Origin: Octopus vulgaris
Lineage: Eukaryota
DNA length: 64,000 nt
Assembly (NCBI GenBank): GCA_951406725.2
Contig: OX597838.1
Span: forward strand, 42,966,001-43,030,000
Reading direction: 5' to 3'
Part shown: piece by piece, positions 11,681-24,801 of the stretch
How positions within the stretch are numbered: the stretch's first letter is position 1
Layout: the number at the start of each line of letters is the position of its first letter
Notes under the pieces: generated by a model
Database searches by the model: none
What the model saw: the letters and a program-made list of their open reading frames with translations, nothing else
What the model was told of the DNA's origin: nothing
Position numbers and translations under genes: made by a program

Positions 11681-14600
11681 CACGAGAGGCCCTTGACAAG
11701 CGTTAGAGGAATGGGGGTTGTTTAGCCCCAGGATACGAGAGGTCTTTGGCAAGCGCTAGAGGAATGGGGGTTGTTTAGCCCCAGGATACGAGAGGTCTTT
11801 GGCAAACGCTTCAAGAATGGGGGTTGTTTAGCCCCAGGATACGAGAGGTCTTTGGCAAGCGCTAGAGGAATGGGGGTTGTTTAGCCCCCAGGATACGAAA
11901 GGCCTTCGGCAAGTGCTTGAGGAGTGGGGGTTCTTTACCCTCAGGATACGAGAGGTCTTTGGCAAACGCTTCAAGAATGGGGGTTGTTTAGCCCCAGGAT
12001 ACGAGAGGTCTGTGGCAAGCGCTAGAGGAATGGGGGTTGTTTAGCCCCAGGATACGAAAGGCCTTCGGCAAGTGCTTGAGGAGTGGGGGTTCTTTAGCCT
12101 CAGGATACGAGAGGTCTTTGGCAAGCGCTAGAGGAATGGGGGTTGTTTAGCCCCAGGATACGAAAGGCCTTCGGCAAGTGCTTGAGGCATGGGGGTTGTT
12201 TAGCCTCAGGATACGAGAGGTCTTTGGCAAGCGCTAGAGGAATGGAGGTTGTTTAGCGCCAGGATACGAGAGGTCTTTGGCAAGCGCTAGAGGAATGGGG
12301 GTTGTTTAGCCCCAGGATACGAGAGGTCTTTGGCAAGTGCTTGAGGAGTGGGGGTTGTTTAGCCTCAGGTTACGAGAGGTCTTTGGCAAGTGCTAGAGGA
12401 ATGGGGGTTGTTTAGCTCCAGAATACGAGAGGTCTTTGGCAAGTGCTAGAGGAATGGGGGTTGTTTAAGCACCAGGATACGAGGCCTTTGGCAAGCACTT
12501 GAGAAATGGGGGTTGTTTAGCCCCAGGATACGAGAGGTCTTTGGCAAGCACTTCAAGAATGGGGGTTGTTTAGCCCCAGGATACGAGAGGTCTTTGGCAA
12601 ACGCTTCAAGAATGGGGGTTGTTTAGCCCCAGGATACGAGAGGTCTTTGGCAAGTGCTTCAAGAATGGGGGTTGTTTAAGCACCAGGATACGAGAGTTCT
12701 TTGGCAAGCGCTAGAGGAATGGGGGTTGTTTAAGCACCAGGATATGAGAGGTCTTTGGCAAGCGCTTCAAGAATGGGGGTTGTTTAGCCCCAGGATACGA
12801 GAGGTCTTTGGCAAACGCTTCAAGAATGGGGGTTGTTTAGCCCCAGGATACGAGAGGTCTTTGGCAAGTGCTTCAAGAATGGGGGTTGCTTAGCCCCAGG
12901 ATACGAGAGGTCTTTGGCAAGCGCTTGAGGAATGGGGGTTATTTAAGTATCAGGATACGAGAGGTCTTTGGCAAGCGCTTGAGGAATGGGGGTTGTTTAG
13001 CCCCAGGATACGAGAGGCCTTTGGCAAGTGCTTGAGGAATGGGGGTTGTTTAGCCCCAGGATACGAGAGGCCTTTGGCAAGTGCTTGAGGAATGGGGGTT
13101 GTTTAGCCCCAGGATACGAGAGGTCTTTGGCAAGCGCCAGAGGAATGGGGGTTGTTTAGCCCCAGGATACGAGAGGTCTTTGGCAAACGCTTCAAGAATG
13201 GGGGTTGTTTAGCCCCAGGATACGAGAGGTCTTTGGCAAGCGCTAGAGGAATGGGGGTTGTTTAGCCCCCAGGATACGAAGGCCTTCGGCAAGTGCTTGA
13301 GGAGTGGGGGTTCTTTACCCTCAGGATACGAGAGGTCTTTGGCAAACGCTTCAAGAATGGGGGTTGTTTAGCCCCAGGATACGAGAGGTCTGTGGCAAGC
13401 GCTAGAGGAATGGGGGTTGTTTAGCCCCAGGATACGAAAGGCCTTCGGCAAGTGCTTGAGGAGTGGGGGTTCTTTAGCCTCAGGATACGAGAGGTCTTTG
13501 GCAAGCGCTAGAGGAATGGGGGTTGTTTAGCCCCAGGATACGAAAGGCCTTCGGCAAGTGCTTGAGGCATGGGGGTTGTTTAGCCTCAGGATACGAGAGG
13601 TCTTTGGCAAGCGCTAGAGGAATGGAGGTTGTTTAGCGCCAGGATACGAGAGGTCTTTGGCAAGCGCTAGAGGAATGGGGGTTGTTTAGCCCCAGGATAC
13701 GAGAGGTCTTTGGCAAGTGCTTGAGGAGTGGGGGTTGTTTAGCCTCAGGTTACGAGAGGTCTTTGGCAAGTGCTAGAGGAATGGGGGTTGTTTAGCTCCA
13801 GAATACGAGAGGTCTTTGGCAAGTGCTAGAGGAATGGGGGTTGTTTAAGCACCAGGATACGAGGCCTTTGGCAAGCACTTGAGAAATGGGGGTTGTTTAG
13901 CCCCAGGATACGAGAGGTCTTTGGCAAGCACTTCAAGAATGGGGGTTGTTTAGCCCCAGGATACGAGAGGTCTTTGGCAAACGCTTCAAGAATGGGGGTT
14001 GTTTAGCCCCAGGATACGAGAGGTCTTTGGCAAGTGCTTCAAGAATGGGGGTTGTTTAAGCACCAGGATACGAGAGTTCTTTGGCAAGCGCTAGAGGAAT
14101 GGGGGTTGTTTAAGCACCAGGATATGAGAGGTCTTTGGCAAGCGCTTCAAGAATGGGGGTTGTTTAGCCCCAGGATACGAGAGGTCTTTGGCAAACGCTT
14201 CAAGAATGGGGGTTGTTTAGCCCCAGGATACGAGAGGTCTTTGGCAAGTGCTTCAAGAATGGGGGTTGCTTAGCCCCAGGATACGAGAGGTCTTTCGCAA
14301 GCGCTTGAGGAATGGGGGTTATTTAAGTATCAGGATACGAGAGGTCTTTGGCAAGCGCTTGAGGAATGGGGGTTGTTTAGCCCCAGGATACGAGAGGCCT
14401 TTGGCAAGTGCTTGAGGAATGGGGGTTGTTTAGCCCCAGGATACGAGAGGCCTTTGGCAAGTGCTTGAGGAATGGGGGTTGTTTAGCCCCAGGATACGAG
14501 AGGTCTTTGGCAAGCGCTTGAGGAATGGGGGTTGTTTAGCCCCAGGATACGAGAGGTCTTTGGCAAGCGCTAGAGGAATGGGGGTTGTTTAGCCCCAGGA

Positions 14601-17600
14601 TACGAGAGGTCTTTGGCAAACGCTTCAAGAATGGGGGTTGTTTAGCCCCAGGATACGAGAGGTCTTTGGCAAGCGCTAGAGGAATGGGGGTTATTTAGCC
14701 CCAGGATACGAAAGGCCTTCGGCAAGCGCTTCAGGAGTGGGGGTTCTTTACCCTCAGGATACGAGAGGTCTTTGGCAAACGCTTCAAGAATGGGGGTTGT
14801 TTAGCCCCAGGATACGAGAGGTCTGTGGCAAGCGCTAGAGGAATGGGGGTTGTTTAGCCCCAGGATACGAAAGGCCTTCGGCAAGTGCTTGGGGAGTGGG
14901 GGTTCTTTAGCCTCAGGATACGAGAGGTCTTTGGCAAGCGCTAGAGGAATGGGGGTTGTTTAGCCCCAGGATACGAAAGGCCTTCGGCAAGTGCTTGAGG
15001 CATGGGGGTTGTTTAGCCTCAGGATACGAGAGGTCTTTGGCAAGCGCTAGAGGAATGGAGGTTGTTTAGCGCCAGGATACGAGAGGTCTTTGGCAAGCGC
15101 TAGAGGAATGGGGGTTGTTTAGCCCCAGGATACGAGAGGTCTTTGGCAAGTGCTTGAGGAGTGGGGGTTGTTTAGCCTCAGGTTACGAGAGGTCTTTGGC
15201 AAGTGCTAGAGGAATGGGGGTTGTTTAGCTCCAGAATACGAGAGGTCTTTGGCAAGTGCTAGAGGAATGGGAGTTGTTTAAGCACCAGGATACGAGGCCT
15301 TTGGCAAGCACTTGAGAAATGGGGGTTGTTTAGCCCCAGGATACGAGAGGTCTTTGGCAAGCACTTCAAGAATGGGGGTTGTTTAGCCCCAGGATACGAG
15401 AGGTCTTTGGCAAACGCTTCAAGAATGGGGGTTGTTTAGCCCCAGGATACGAGAGGTCTTTGGCAAGTGCTTCAAGAATGGGGGTTGTTTAAGCACCAGG
15501 ATACGAGAGTTCTTTGGCAAGCGCTAGAGGAATGGGGGTTGTTTAAGCACCAGGATATGAGAGGTCTTTGGCAAGCGCTTCAAGAATGGGGGTTGTTTAG
15601 CCCCAGGATACGAGAGGTCTTTGGCAAACGCTTCAAGAATGGGGGTTGTTTAGCCTCAGGATACGAGAGGTCTTTGGCAAGTGCTTCAAGAATGGGGGTT
15701 GCTTAGCCCCAGGATACGAGAGGTCTTTGGCAAGCGCTTGAGGAATGGGGGTTATTTAAGTATCAGGATACGAGAGGTCTTTGGCAAGCGCTTGAGGAAT
15801 GGGGGTTGTTTAGCCCCAGGATACGAGAGGCCTTTGGCAAGTGCTTGAGGAATGGGGGTTGTTTAGCCCCAGGATACGAGAGGCCTTTGGCAAGTGCTTG
15901 AGGAATGGGGGTTGTTTGGCCCCAGGATACGAGAGGTCTTTGGCAAGCGCTTGAGGAATGGGGGTTGTTTAGCCCCAGGATACGAGAGGTCTTTGGCAAG
16001 TGCTTGAGGAATGGGGGTTGTTTAGCCCCAGGATACGAGAGGTCTTTGGCAAGTGCTTCAAGAATGGGGGTTGTTTAGCCCCAGGATACGAGAGGTCTTT
16101 GGCAAGCACTTGAAGAATGGGGGTTGTTTAGCCCCAGGATACGAGAGGGGGTTGTTTAGCCCCAGGATACGAGAGGGGATTGTTTAGCCCCAGATTATGA
16201 GAGGTCTTTGGCAAACGCTTCAAGAATGGGGGTTGTTTAGCCCCAGGATACAAGAGGTCTTTGGCAAACACTTCAAGAATGGGGGTTGTTTAACCCCAGG
16301 ATACGAGTGGTTTTTGGCAAGCACTTCAAGAATGGGGGTTATTTAGCCCCAGGATACAAGAGGTCTTTGGCAAACGCTTCAAGAATGGGGGTTGTTTAAC
16401 CCCAGGATACGAGAGGTTTTTGGCAAGCACTTCAAGAATGGGGGTTATTTAGCCCCAGGATATGAGAGGTCGTTGGCAAACGCTAGAGGAATGGGGGTTG
16501 TTTAGCCCCAGGATACGAAAGGCCTTTGGCAAGCGCTAGAGGAATGGGGGTTGTTTAGCCCCAGGATATGAGAGGTCTTTGACAAACGCTTCAAGAATGG
16601 GGGTTGTTTAGCCCCAGGATACGAGAGGTCTTTGGCAAGCACTTCAAGAATGGGGTCATTTAGCCCCAGGATACGAGAGGCCTTTGGCAAGCGCTTGAGG
16701 AATGGGGATTCTTTGGCCCCAGAATACAAGAGGACTTTGGAAAGCGCTTGAGAAATATGGGTTGTTTAGCCCAAGGATATGAGAGGCCTTTGGCAAGCGC
16801 TTGAGAAATGGGGGTTGTTTCAGTACCAGGATACGAGAGGTCTTTCCCAAGAGCTTGAGGAATGGGGGTTCTTTGGCCCCAGAATACGAGAGGTCTTTGG
16901 CAAGCGCTAGAGGAATGGGGGTTGTTTAGCCCCAGGAGACGAGAGGCATTTGTGCAAGCGCTTCAGGAATGGGGGTTGTTTAAGCACCAGGATACGAGAG
17001 GCCTTTGGCAAGCAATGAGGAATGAGGGTTGTTTAAGCACCAGGATACGAGAGGTCTTTGGCAGGGACTAGAGGAATGGGGGTTGTTTAGCCCCAGAATA
17101 CGAAAGGCCTTTGGCAAGCGCTTGAGAAATAGGGTTTGTTTAAGCACCAGGATACGAGAGGCCTTTGGCAAGAGCTTGAGGAATGGGGGTTGTATAAGGA
17201 ACAGGATACGAGAGGTCTTTGGCAAGTGCTTAGGGATGGGGGTTGTTTATCCCCAGGATCCGAGAGGCCTTTGGCAAGCGCTTCAAGAATGGGGGTTGTT
17301 TAGCCCCATGATAGGAGAGGCCTTTGTCAAGCGCTTCAGGAATGGGGGTGGTTTAGCCCCAGGATACGGGAGGTCTTTTGCAAGCACTTGAAGAATGGGG
17401 GTTGTTAAAGCATCAGGATACGAAAGGTCTTTGGCAAGCGCTAGAGGAATGGGGGTTATTTAGCCCCAGGATACGAGAGGTCTATCGCAAGCGCTAGAGG
17501 AATGGGGGTTGTTTAAGCACCAGGATACGATAGGTCTTTGGCAAGCGCTTGAGGAATGGGGTTTGTTTAGCCCCAGGATACGAGAGGACTCTGGCAAACA

Positions 17601-20600
17601 CTTGAGGAATGGGGTTTGTTTAGCCGCAGGATACGAGAGGTCTTTGGCAAGCGCTTCAGGAATGGGGGTTGTTTAGCCCCAGGATACAAGAGGCCTTTGG
17701 CAAGCGCTTGAGGAATGGGGGTTGTTTAGCCCCAGGATACGAGAGGTCTTTGGCAAACGCTTCAAGAATGGGGGTTGTTTAAGCATCAGGATACGAGAGG
17801 CCTTTGGCAAGCGCTTGAGGAATGAGGGTTGTTTAAGTACCAGGATACGAGAGGCCTTTCACAAGCGCTTGAGGAATGGGGTTTGTTTAGCCCCAGGATA
17901 CGAGAGGACTCTGGCAAACACTTGAGGAATGGGGTTTGTTTAGCCGCAGGATACGAGAGGTTTTTGGCAAGCGCTTCAGGAATGGGGGTTGTTTAAGCAT
18001 CAGGATATGAGAGGCCTTTGGCAAACGCTTGAGGAATGGGGGTTGTTTAAGCATCAGGATATGAGACGCCTTTGGCAAACGCTTGAGGAATGGGGGTTGT
18101 TTAAGCACCAGGATACGAGAGGTCTTTGGCAAGCGCTTGAGGAATGGGGGTTGTTTAGCCCCAGGATACGAGAGGTCTTTGGCAAGCGCTTGAGGAATGG
18201 GGGTTGTTTAGCCCCAGGATACGAGAGGTCTTTGGCAAACACTTCAAGAATGGGGGTTGTTTAAGCATCAGGTTACGAGAGGCCTTTGGCAAGCGCTTGA
18301 GGAATGAGGGTTGTTTAAGCACCAGGATACGAAAGGCCTTTGGCAAGCAATGAGGAATGGGGTTTGTTTAAGCACCAGGATACGAGAGGTCTTTGGCAGG
18401 GACTAGAGGAATGGGGGTTGTTTAGCCCCAGGATACGAAAGGCCTTTGGCAAGCGCTTGAGAAATAGGGTTTGTTTAAGCACCAGGATACGAGAGGCCTT
18501 TGGCAAGAGCTTGAGGAATGGGGGTTGTTTAAGGAACAGGATACGAGAGGTCTTTGGCAAGTGCTTAGGGATGGGGGTTGTTTATCCCCAGGATCTGAGA
18601 GGCCCTTGGCAAGCGCTTCAAGAATGGGGGTTGTTTAGCCCCGTGATACGAGAGGCCTTTGTCAAGCGCTTCAGGAATGGGGGGGGTTTAGCCCCAGGAT
18701 ACGAGAGGCTTTTGTCAAGCGCTTGAGGAATGGGGGTTGTTAAAGCACCAGGATACGAAAGGTCTTTGGCAAGCGCTAGAGGAATGGGGGTTATTTAGCC
18801 CCAGGATACGAGAGGTCTTTGGCAAGCGCTAGAGGAATGGGGGTTGTTTAGCCCCAGGATACGAGAGGTCTTTGGCAGGGACTAGAGAAATGGGGGTTGT
18901 TTAGCCCCAGGATATGAAAGGCCTTTGGCAAGCGCTTGAGAAATAGGGTTTGTTTAAGCACCAGGATACGAGAGGCCTTTGGCAAGCGCTTGAGAAATGG
19001 GGGTTGTTTAAGGAACAGGATACGAGAGGTTTTTGGCAAGTGCTTAGGGATGGGGGTTGTTTATCCCCAGAATCCGAAAGGCCCTTGGCAAGCGCTTCAA
19101 GAATGGGGGTTGTTTAGCCCCATGATACGAGAGGTCTTTGGCAAGCGTTTGAGGAATGGGGGTTGTTTAGCCCCATGATACGAGAGGTCTTTCTCAAGCG
19201 CTTCAGGAATGGGGGTGGTTTAGCCCCAGGATACGCGAAGCCTTTGTCAAGCGCTTGAGGAATGGGGATTGTTTCAGAACCATGATACGGGATATCCTTT
19301 GCAAGCACTTGAAGAATGGGGGTTGTTCAGCCCCAGAATATGAGAGGCCTTTGGCAAGCGCTTGAGGAATGGGGGTTGTTTAGCCCCAGGATACAAGAGG
19401 TCTTTGGCAAGCGCTAGAGGAATGGGAGTTATTTAGCCCCAGGATACGAGAGGTCTTTGGCAAGCGCTAAAGGAATGGGGGTTTTTTAAGCACCAGGATA
19501 CGAGAGGTCTTTGCAAGCGCTTGAGGAATGGGGGTTGTTTAAGTACCAGGATACGAGAGGTCTTTCGCAAGCGCTTGAGGAATGGGGGTTGTTTAGCCCC
19601 AGGGTACGAGAGGCCTTTGGCAAGCGCTTGAGGAATGGGGGTTGTTTAGCCCCAGGGTACGAGAGGCCTTTGGCAAGCGCTTGAGGAATGGGGGTTGTTT
19701 AGCCCCAGGATACGAGAGGTCTTTGGCAAGCGCTTCAAGAATGGGGGTTGTTTAGCCCCAGGATACGAGAGGGGGTTGTTTAGCCCCAGATTATGAGAGG
19801 TCTTTGGCAAACGCTTCAAGAATGGGGGTTGTTTAGCCCCAGGATACAAGAGGTCTTTGGCAAACACTTCAAGAATGGGGGTTGTTTAACCCCAGGATAC
19901 GAGTGGTTTTTGGCAAGCACTTCAAGAATGGGGGTTATTTAGCCCCAGGATACAAGAGGTCTTTGGCAAACGCTTCAAGAATGGGGGTTGTTTACCCCAG
20001 GATACGAGAGGTTTTTGGCAAGCACTTCAAGAATGGGGGTTATTTAGCCCCAGGATATGAGAGGTCGTTGGCAAACGCTAGAGGAATGGGGGTTGTTTAG
20101 CCCCAGGATACGAAAGGCCTTTGGCAAGCGCTAGAGGAATGGGGGTTGTTTAGCCCCAGGATATGAGAGGTCTTTGACAAACGCTTCAAGAATGGGGGTT
20201 GTTTAGCCCCAGGATACGAGAGGTCTTTGGCAAGCACTTCAAGAATGGGGTCATTTAGCCCCAGGATACGAGAGGCCTTTGGCAAGCGCTTGAGGAATGG
20301 GGATTCTTTGGCCCAGAATACAAGAGGACTTTGGAAAGCGCTTGAGAAATATGGGTTGTTTAGCCCAAGGATATGAGAGGCCTTTGGCAAGCGCTTGAGA
20401 AATGGGGGTTGTTTCAGTACCAGGATACGAGAGGTCTTTCCCAAGAGCTTGAGGAATGGGGGTTCTTTGGCCCCAGAATACGAGAGGTCTTTGGCAAGCG
20501 CTAGAGGAATGGGGGTTGTTTAGCCCCAGGAGACGAGAGGCATTTGTGCAAGCGCTTCAGGAATGGGGGTTGTTTAAGCACCAGGATACGAGAGGCCTTT

Positions 20601-23600
20601 GGCAAGTAATGAGGAATGAGGGTTGTTTAAGCACCAGGATACGAGAGGTCTTTGGCAGGGACTAGAGGAATGGGGGTTGTTTAGCCCCAGAATACGAAAG
20701 GCCTTTGGCAAGCGCTTGAGAAATAGGGTTTGTTTAAGCACCAGGATACGAGAGGCCTTTGGCAAGAGCTTGAGGAATGGGGGTTGTATAAGGAACAGGA
20801 TACGAGAGGTCTTTGGCAAGTGCTTAGGGATGGGGGTTGTTTATCCCCAGGATCCGAGAGGCCTTTGGCAAGCGCTTCAAGAATGGGGGTTGTTTAGCCC
20901 CATGATAGGAGAGGCCTTTGTCAAGCGCTTCAGGAATGGGGGTGGTTTAGCCCCAGGATACGGGAGGTCTTTTGCAAGCACTTGAAGAATGGGGGTTGTT
21001 AAAGCATCAGGATACGAAAGGTCTTTGGCAAGCGCTAGAGGAATGAGGGTTATTTAGCCCCAGGATACGAGAGGTCTATCGCAAGCGCTAGAGGAATGGG
21101 GGTTGTTTAAGTACCAGGATACGAGAGGCCTTTCACAAGCGCTTGAGGAATGGGGTTTGTTTAGCCCCAGGATACGAGAGGACTCTGGCAAACACTTGAG
21201 GAATGGGGTTTGTTTAGCCGCAGGATACGAGAGGTCTTTGGCAAGCGCTTCAGGAATGGGGGTTGTTTAGCCCCAGGATACGAGAGGACTCTGGCAAACA
21301 CTTGAGGAATGGGGTTTGTTTAGCCGCAGGATACGAGAGGTTTTTGGCAAGCGCTTCAAGAATGGGGGTTGTTTAAGCATCAGGATACGAGAGGCCTTTG
21401 GCAAACGCTTGAGGAATGAGGGTTGTTTAAGTACCAGGATACGAGAGGCCTTTCACAAGCGCTTGAGGAATGGGGTTGTTTAGCCCCAGGATACGAGAGG
21501 ACTCTGGCAAACACTTGAGGAATGGGGTTTGTTTAGCCGCAGGATACGAGAGGTTTTTGGCAAGCGCTTCAGGAATGGGGGTTGTTTAAGCATCAGGATA
21601 TGAGACACCTTTGGCAAACGCTTGAGGAATGGGGGTTGTTTAAGCATCAGGATATGAGACGCCTTTGGCAAACGCTTGAGGAATGGGGGTTGTTTAAGCA
21701 CCAGGATACGAGAGGCCTTTGGCAAGCGCTTGAGGAATGGGGGTTGTTTAAGCACCAGGATACGAGAGGTCTTTGGCAGGGACTAGAGGAATGGGGGTTG
21801 TTTAGCCCCAGGATACAAGAGGCCTTTGGCAAGCGCTTGAGGAATGGGGGTTGTTTAGCCCCAGGATACGAGAGGTCTTTGGCAAACGCTTCAAGAATGG
21901 GGGTTGTTTAAGCATCAGGTTACGAGAGGCCTTTGGCAAGCGCTTGAGGAATGAGGGTCGTTTAAGCACCAGGATACGAAAGGCCTTTGGCAAGCAATGA
22001 GGAATGGGGTTTGTTTAAGCACTAGGATACGAGAGGTCTTTGGCAGGGACTAGAGGAATGGGGGTTGTTTAGCCCCAGGATACGAAAGGCCTTTGGCAAG
22101 CGCTTGAGAAATAGGGTTTGTTTAAGCACCAGGATACGAGAGGCCTTTGGCAAGAGCTTGAGGAATGGGGGTTGTTTAAGGAACAGAATACGAGAGGTCT
22201 TTGGCAAGTGCTTAGGGATGGGGGTTGTTTATCCCCAGGATCTGAGAGGCCCTTGGCAAGCGCTTCAAGAATGGGGGTTGTTTAGCCCCGTGATACGAGA
22301 GGCCTTTGTCAAGCGCTTCAGGAATGGGGGGGTTTAGCCCCAGGATACGAGAGGCCTTTGTCAAGCGCTTGAGGAATGGGGGTTGTTAAAGCACCAGGAT
22401 ACGAAAGGTCTTTGGCAAGCGCTAGAGGAATGGGGTTTATTTAGCCCCAGGATACGAGAGGTCTTTGGCAAGCGCTAGAGGAATGGGGGTTGTTTAAGCA
22501 CCAGGATACGATAGGTCTTTGGCAAGCGCTTGAGGAATGGGGGTTGTTTAGCCCCAGGATACGAGAGGTCTTTGGCAGGGACTAGAGAAATGGGGGTTGT
22601 TTAGCCCCAGGATATGAAAGGCCTTTGGCAAGCGCTTGAGAAATAGGGTTTGTTTAAGCACCAGGATACGAGAGGCCTTTGGCAAGCGCTTGAGGAATGG
22701 GGGTTGTTTAAGGAACAGGATACGAGAGGTTTTTGGCAAGTGCTTAGGGATGGGGGTTGTTTATCCCCAGAATCCGAAAGGCCCTTGGCAAGCGCTTCAA
22801 GAATGGGGGTTGTTTAGCCCCATGATACGAGAGGTCTTTGGCAAGCGTTTGAGGAATGGGGGTTGTTTAGCCCCATGATATGAGAGGTCTTTCTCAAGCG
22901 CTTCAGGAATGGGGGTGGTTTAGCCCCAGGATACGCGAAGCCTTTGTCAAGCGCTTGAGGAATGGGGATTGTTTCAGAACCATGATACGGGATATCCTTT
23001 GCAAGCACTTGAAGAATGGGGGTTGTTCAGCCCCAGAATATGAGAGGCCTTTGGCAAGCGCTTGAGGAATGGGGGTTGTTTAGCCCCAGGGTACGAGAGG
23101 CCTTTGGCAAGCGCTTGAGGAATGGGGGTTGTTTAGCCCCAGGATACGAGAGGTCTTTGGCAAGCGCTTGAGGAATGGGGGTTATTTAGCCCCAGGATAC
23201 GAAAGGCCTTCGGCAAGCGCTTCAGGAATGGGGGTTGTTTAGTACCAGGATACGAGAGGTCTTTCGCAAGCTCTTGAGGAATGGGGGTTGTTTAGCCCCG
23301 GGTACGAGAGGTCTTTGGCAAGCGCTAGAGGAATGGAGGTTGTTTAACCCCGGGATACGAAAGGCCTTTGGCAAGCGCTTCAGGAATAGGGGTTGTTTAG
23401 TAGCGGCATACGAGAAGTCTTTGGCAAGCGGTTGAGGAATGGAGGTTGTTTAAGCACCAGGATACGAGAGGTCTTTGGCAAGCGCTTGAGGAATGGGGGT
23501 TGATTAAGCACCAGGATACGAGAGGTCTTTGGCAAGCGTTTGAGGAATGGGGGTTGATTAAGCACCAGGATACGAGAGGTCTTTGGCAAGCGCTTGAGGA

Positions 23601-24801
23601 ATGGGGGTTGTTTAGCCCCAGGATACGAGAGGTCTTTGGCAAACGCTTCAAGAATGGGGGTTGATTAAGCACCAGGATACGAGAGGTCTTTGGCAAGCGC
23701 TTGAGGAATGGGGGTTGTTTAGCCCCAGGATACGAGAGGTCTTTGGCAAGCGTTTGAGGAATGGGGGTTGTTTAGCCCAAGTATACGAGAGGTCTTTGGC
23801 AAGCGCTTGAGAAATAGGGTTTGTTTAAGCACCAGGATACGAGAGGCCTTTGGCAAGAGCTTGAGGAATGGGGGTTGTTTAAGGAACAGGATACGAGAGG
23901 TCTTTGGCAAGTGCTTAGGGATGGGGGTTGTTTATATTACAGGATCCGAGAGGCCCTTGGCAAGCGCTTCAAGAATGGGGGTTGTTTAGCCCCATGATAT
24001 GAGAGGCCTTTGTCAAGCGCTTCAGGAATGGGGGTTGTTTAAGCATCGGGATACGAGAGGCCTTTGGCGAGCGCTTAAGGAATGGGGGTTGTTTAAGCAC
24101 CAGGATACGAAAGGCCTTTGGCAAGCGCTTGAGAAATAGGGTTTGTTTAAGCACTAGGATACGAGAGGCCTTTGGCAAGAGCTTGAGGAATGGGGGTTGT
24201 TTAAGGAACAGGATACGAGGGGTCTTTGGCAAGTGCTTAGGGATGGGGGTTGTTTATCCCAGAATCCGAGAGGCCCTTGGCAAGTGCTTCAAGAATGGGG
24301 GTTGTTTAGCCCCATGATACGAGAGGTCTTTGTCAAGCGCTTGAGGAATGGGGGTTGTTTCAGAACCATGATACGGGAGATCTTTTGCAAGCACTTGAAG
24401 AATGGGTGTTGTTTAGCCCCAGAATACGAGAGGCCTTTGGCAAGCGCTTGAGGAATGGGGGTTGTTTAGCCCCGGGATACGAGAGGTCTTTGGCAAGCGC
24501 TAGAGGAATGGGGGTTATTTAGCCCCAGGATACGAGAGGTCTTTGGCAAGCGCTTGAGGAATGGGGGTTGTTTAAGTACCAGGATACGAGAGGTCTTTGG
24601 CAAGCGTTTGAGGAATGGGGTTCGTTTAGCCCCAGGATACGAGAGGTCTTTGGCAAGCGCTAGAGGAATGGGGGTTGATTAAGCACCCGGATACGAGAGG
24701 TCTTTTGGCAAGCGCTTGAGGAATGGGGGTTGTTTAGCCCCAGGATACGAGAGGTCTTTGGCAAGCGGTTGAGGAATGGGGGTTGATTAAGCATCAGGAT
24801 A
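11681..24801. repeat. Satellite array, 53/54-bp monomer (consensus ~GAGGAATGGGGGTTGTTTAGCCCCAGGATACGAGAGGTCTTTGGCAAGCGCTT), roughly 245 copies with higher-order repeats
   Basis: Directly visible tandem monomers. Near-identical spurious ORFs at 12654/14034/15467 give periods of 1380 and 1433 bp; those at 16862/20456 and 18936/22636 give periods of ~3594-3700 bp. Confidence 0.98.

Noticed and set aside
11681-24801. CRISPR array or repetitive protein gene (many 60-128 aa ORFs)
   Set aside because: Monomers are contiguous with no unique spacers and no cas genes. The 53-bp period shifts frame and introduces stops, so the ORFs are artefacts of the satellite.
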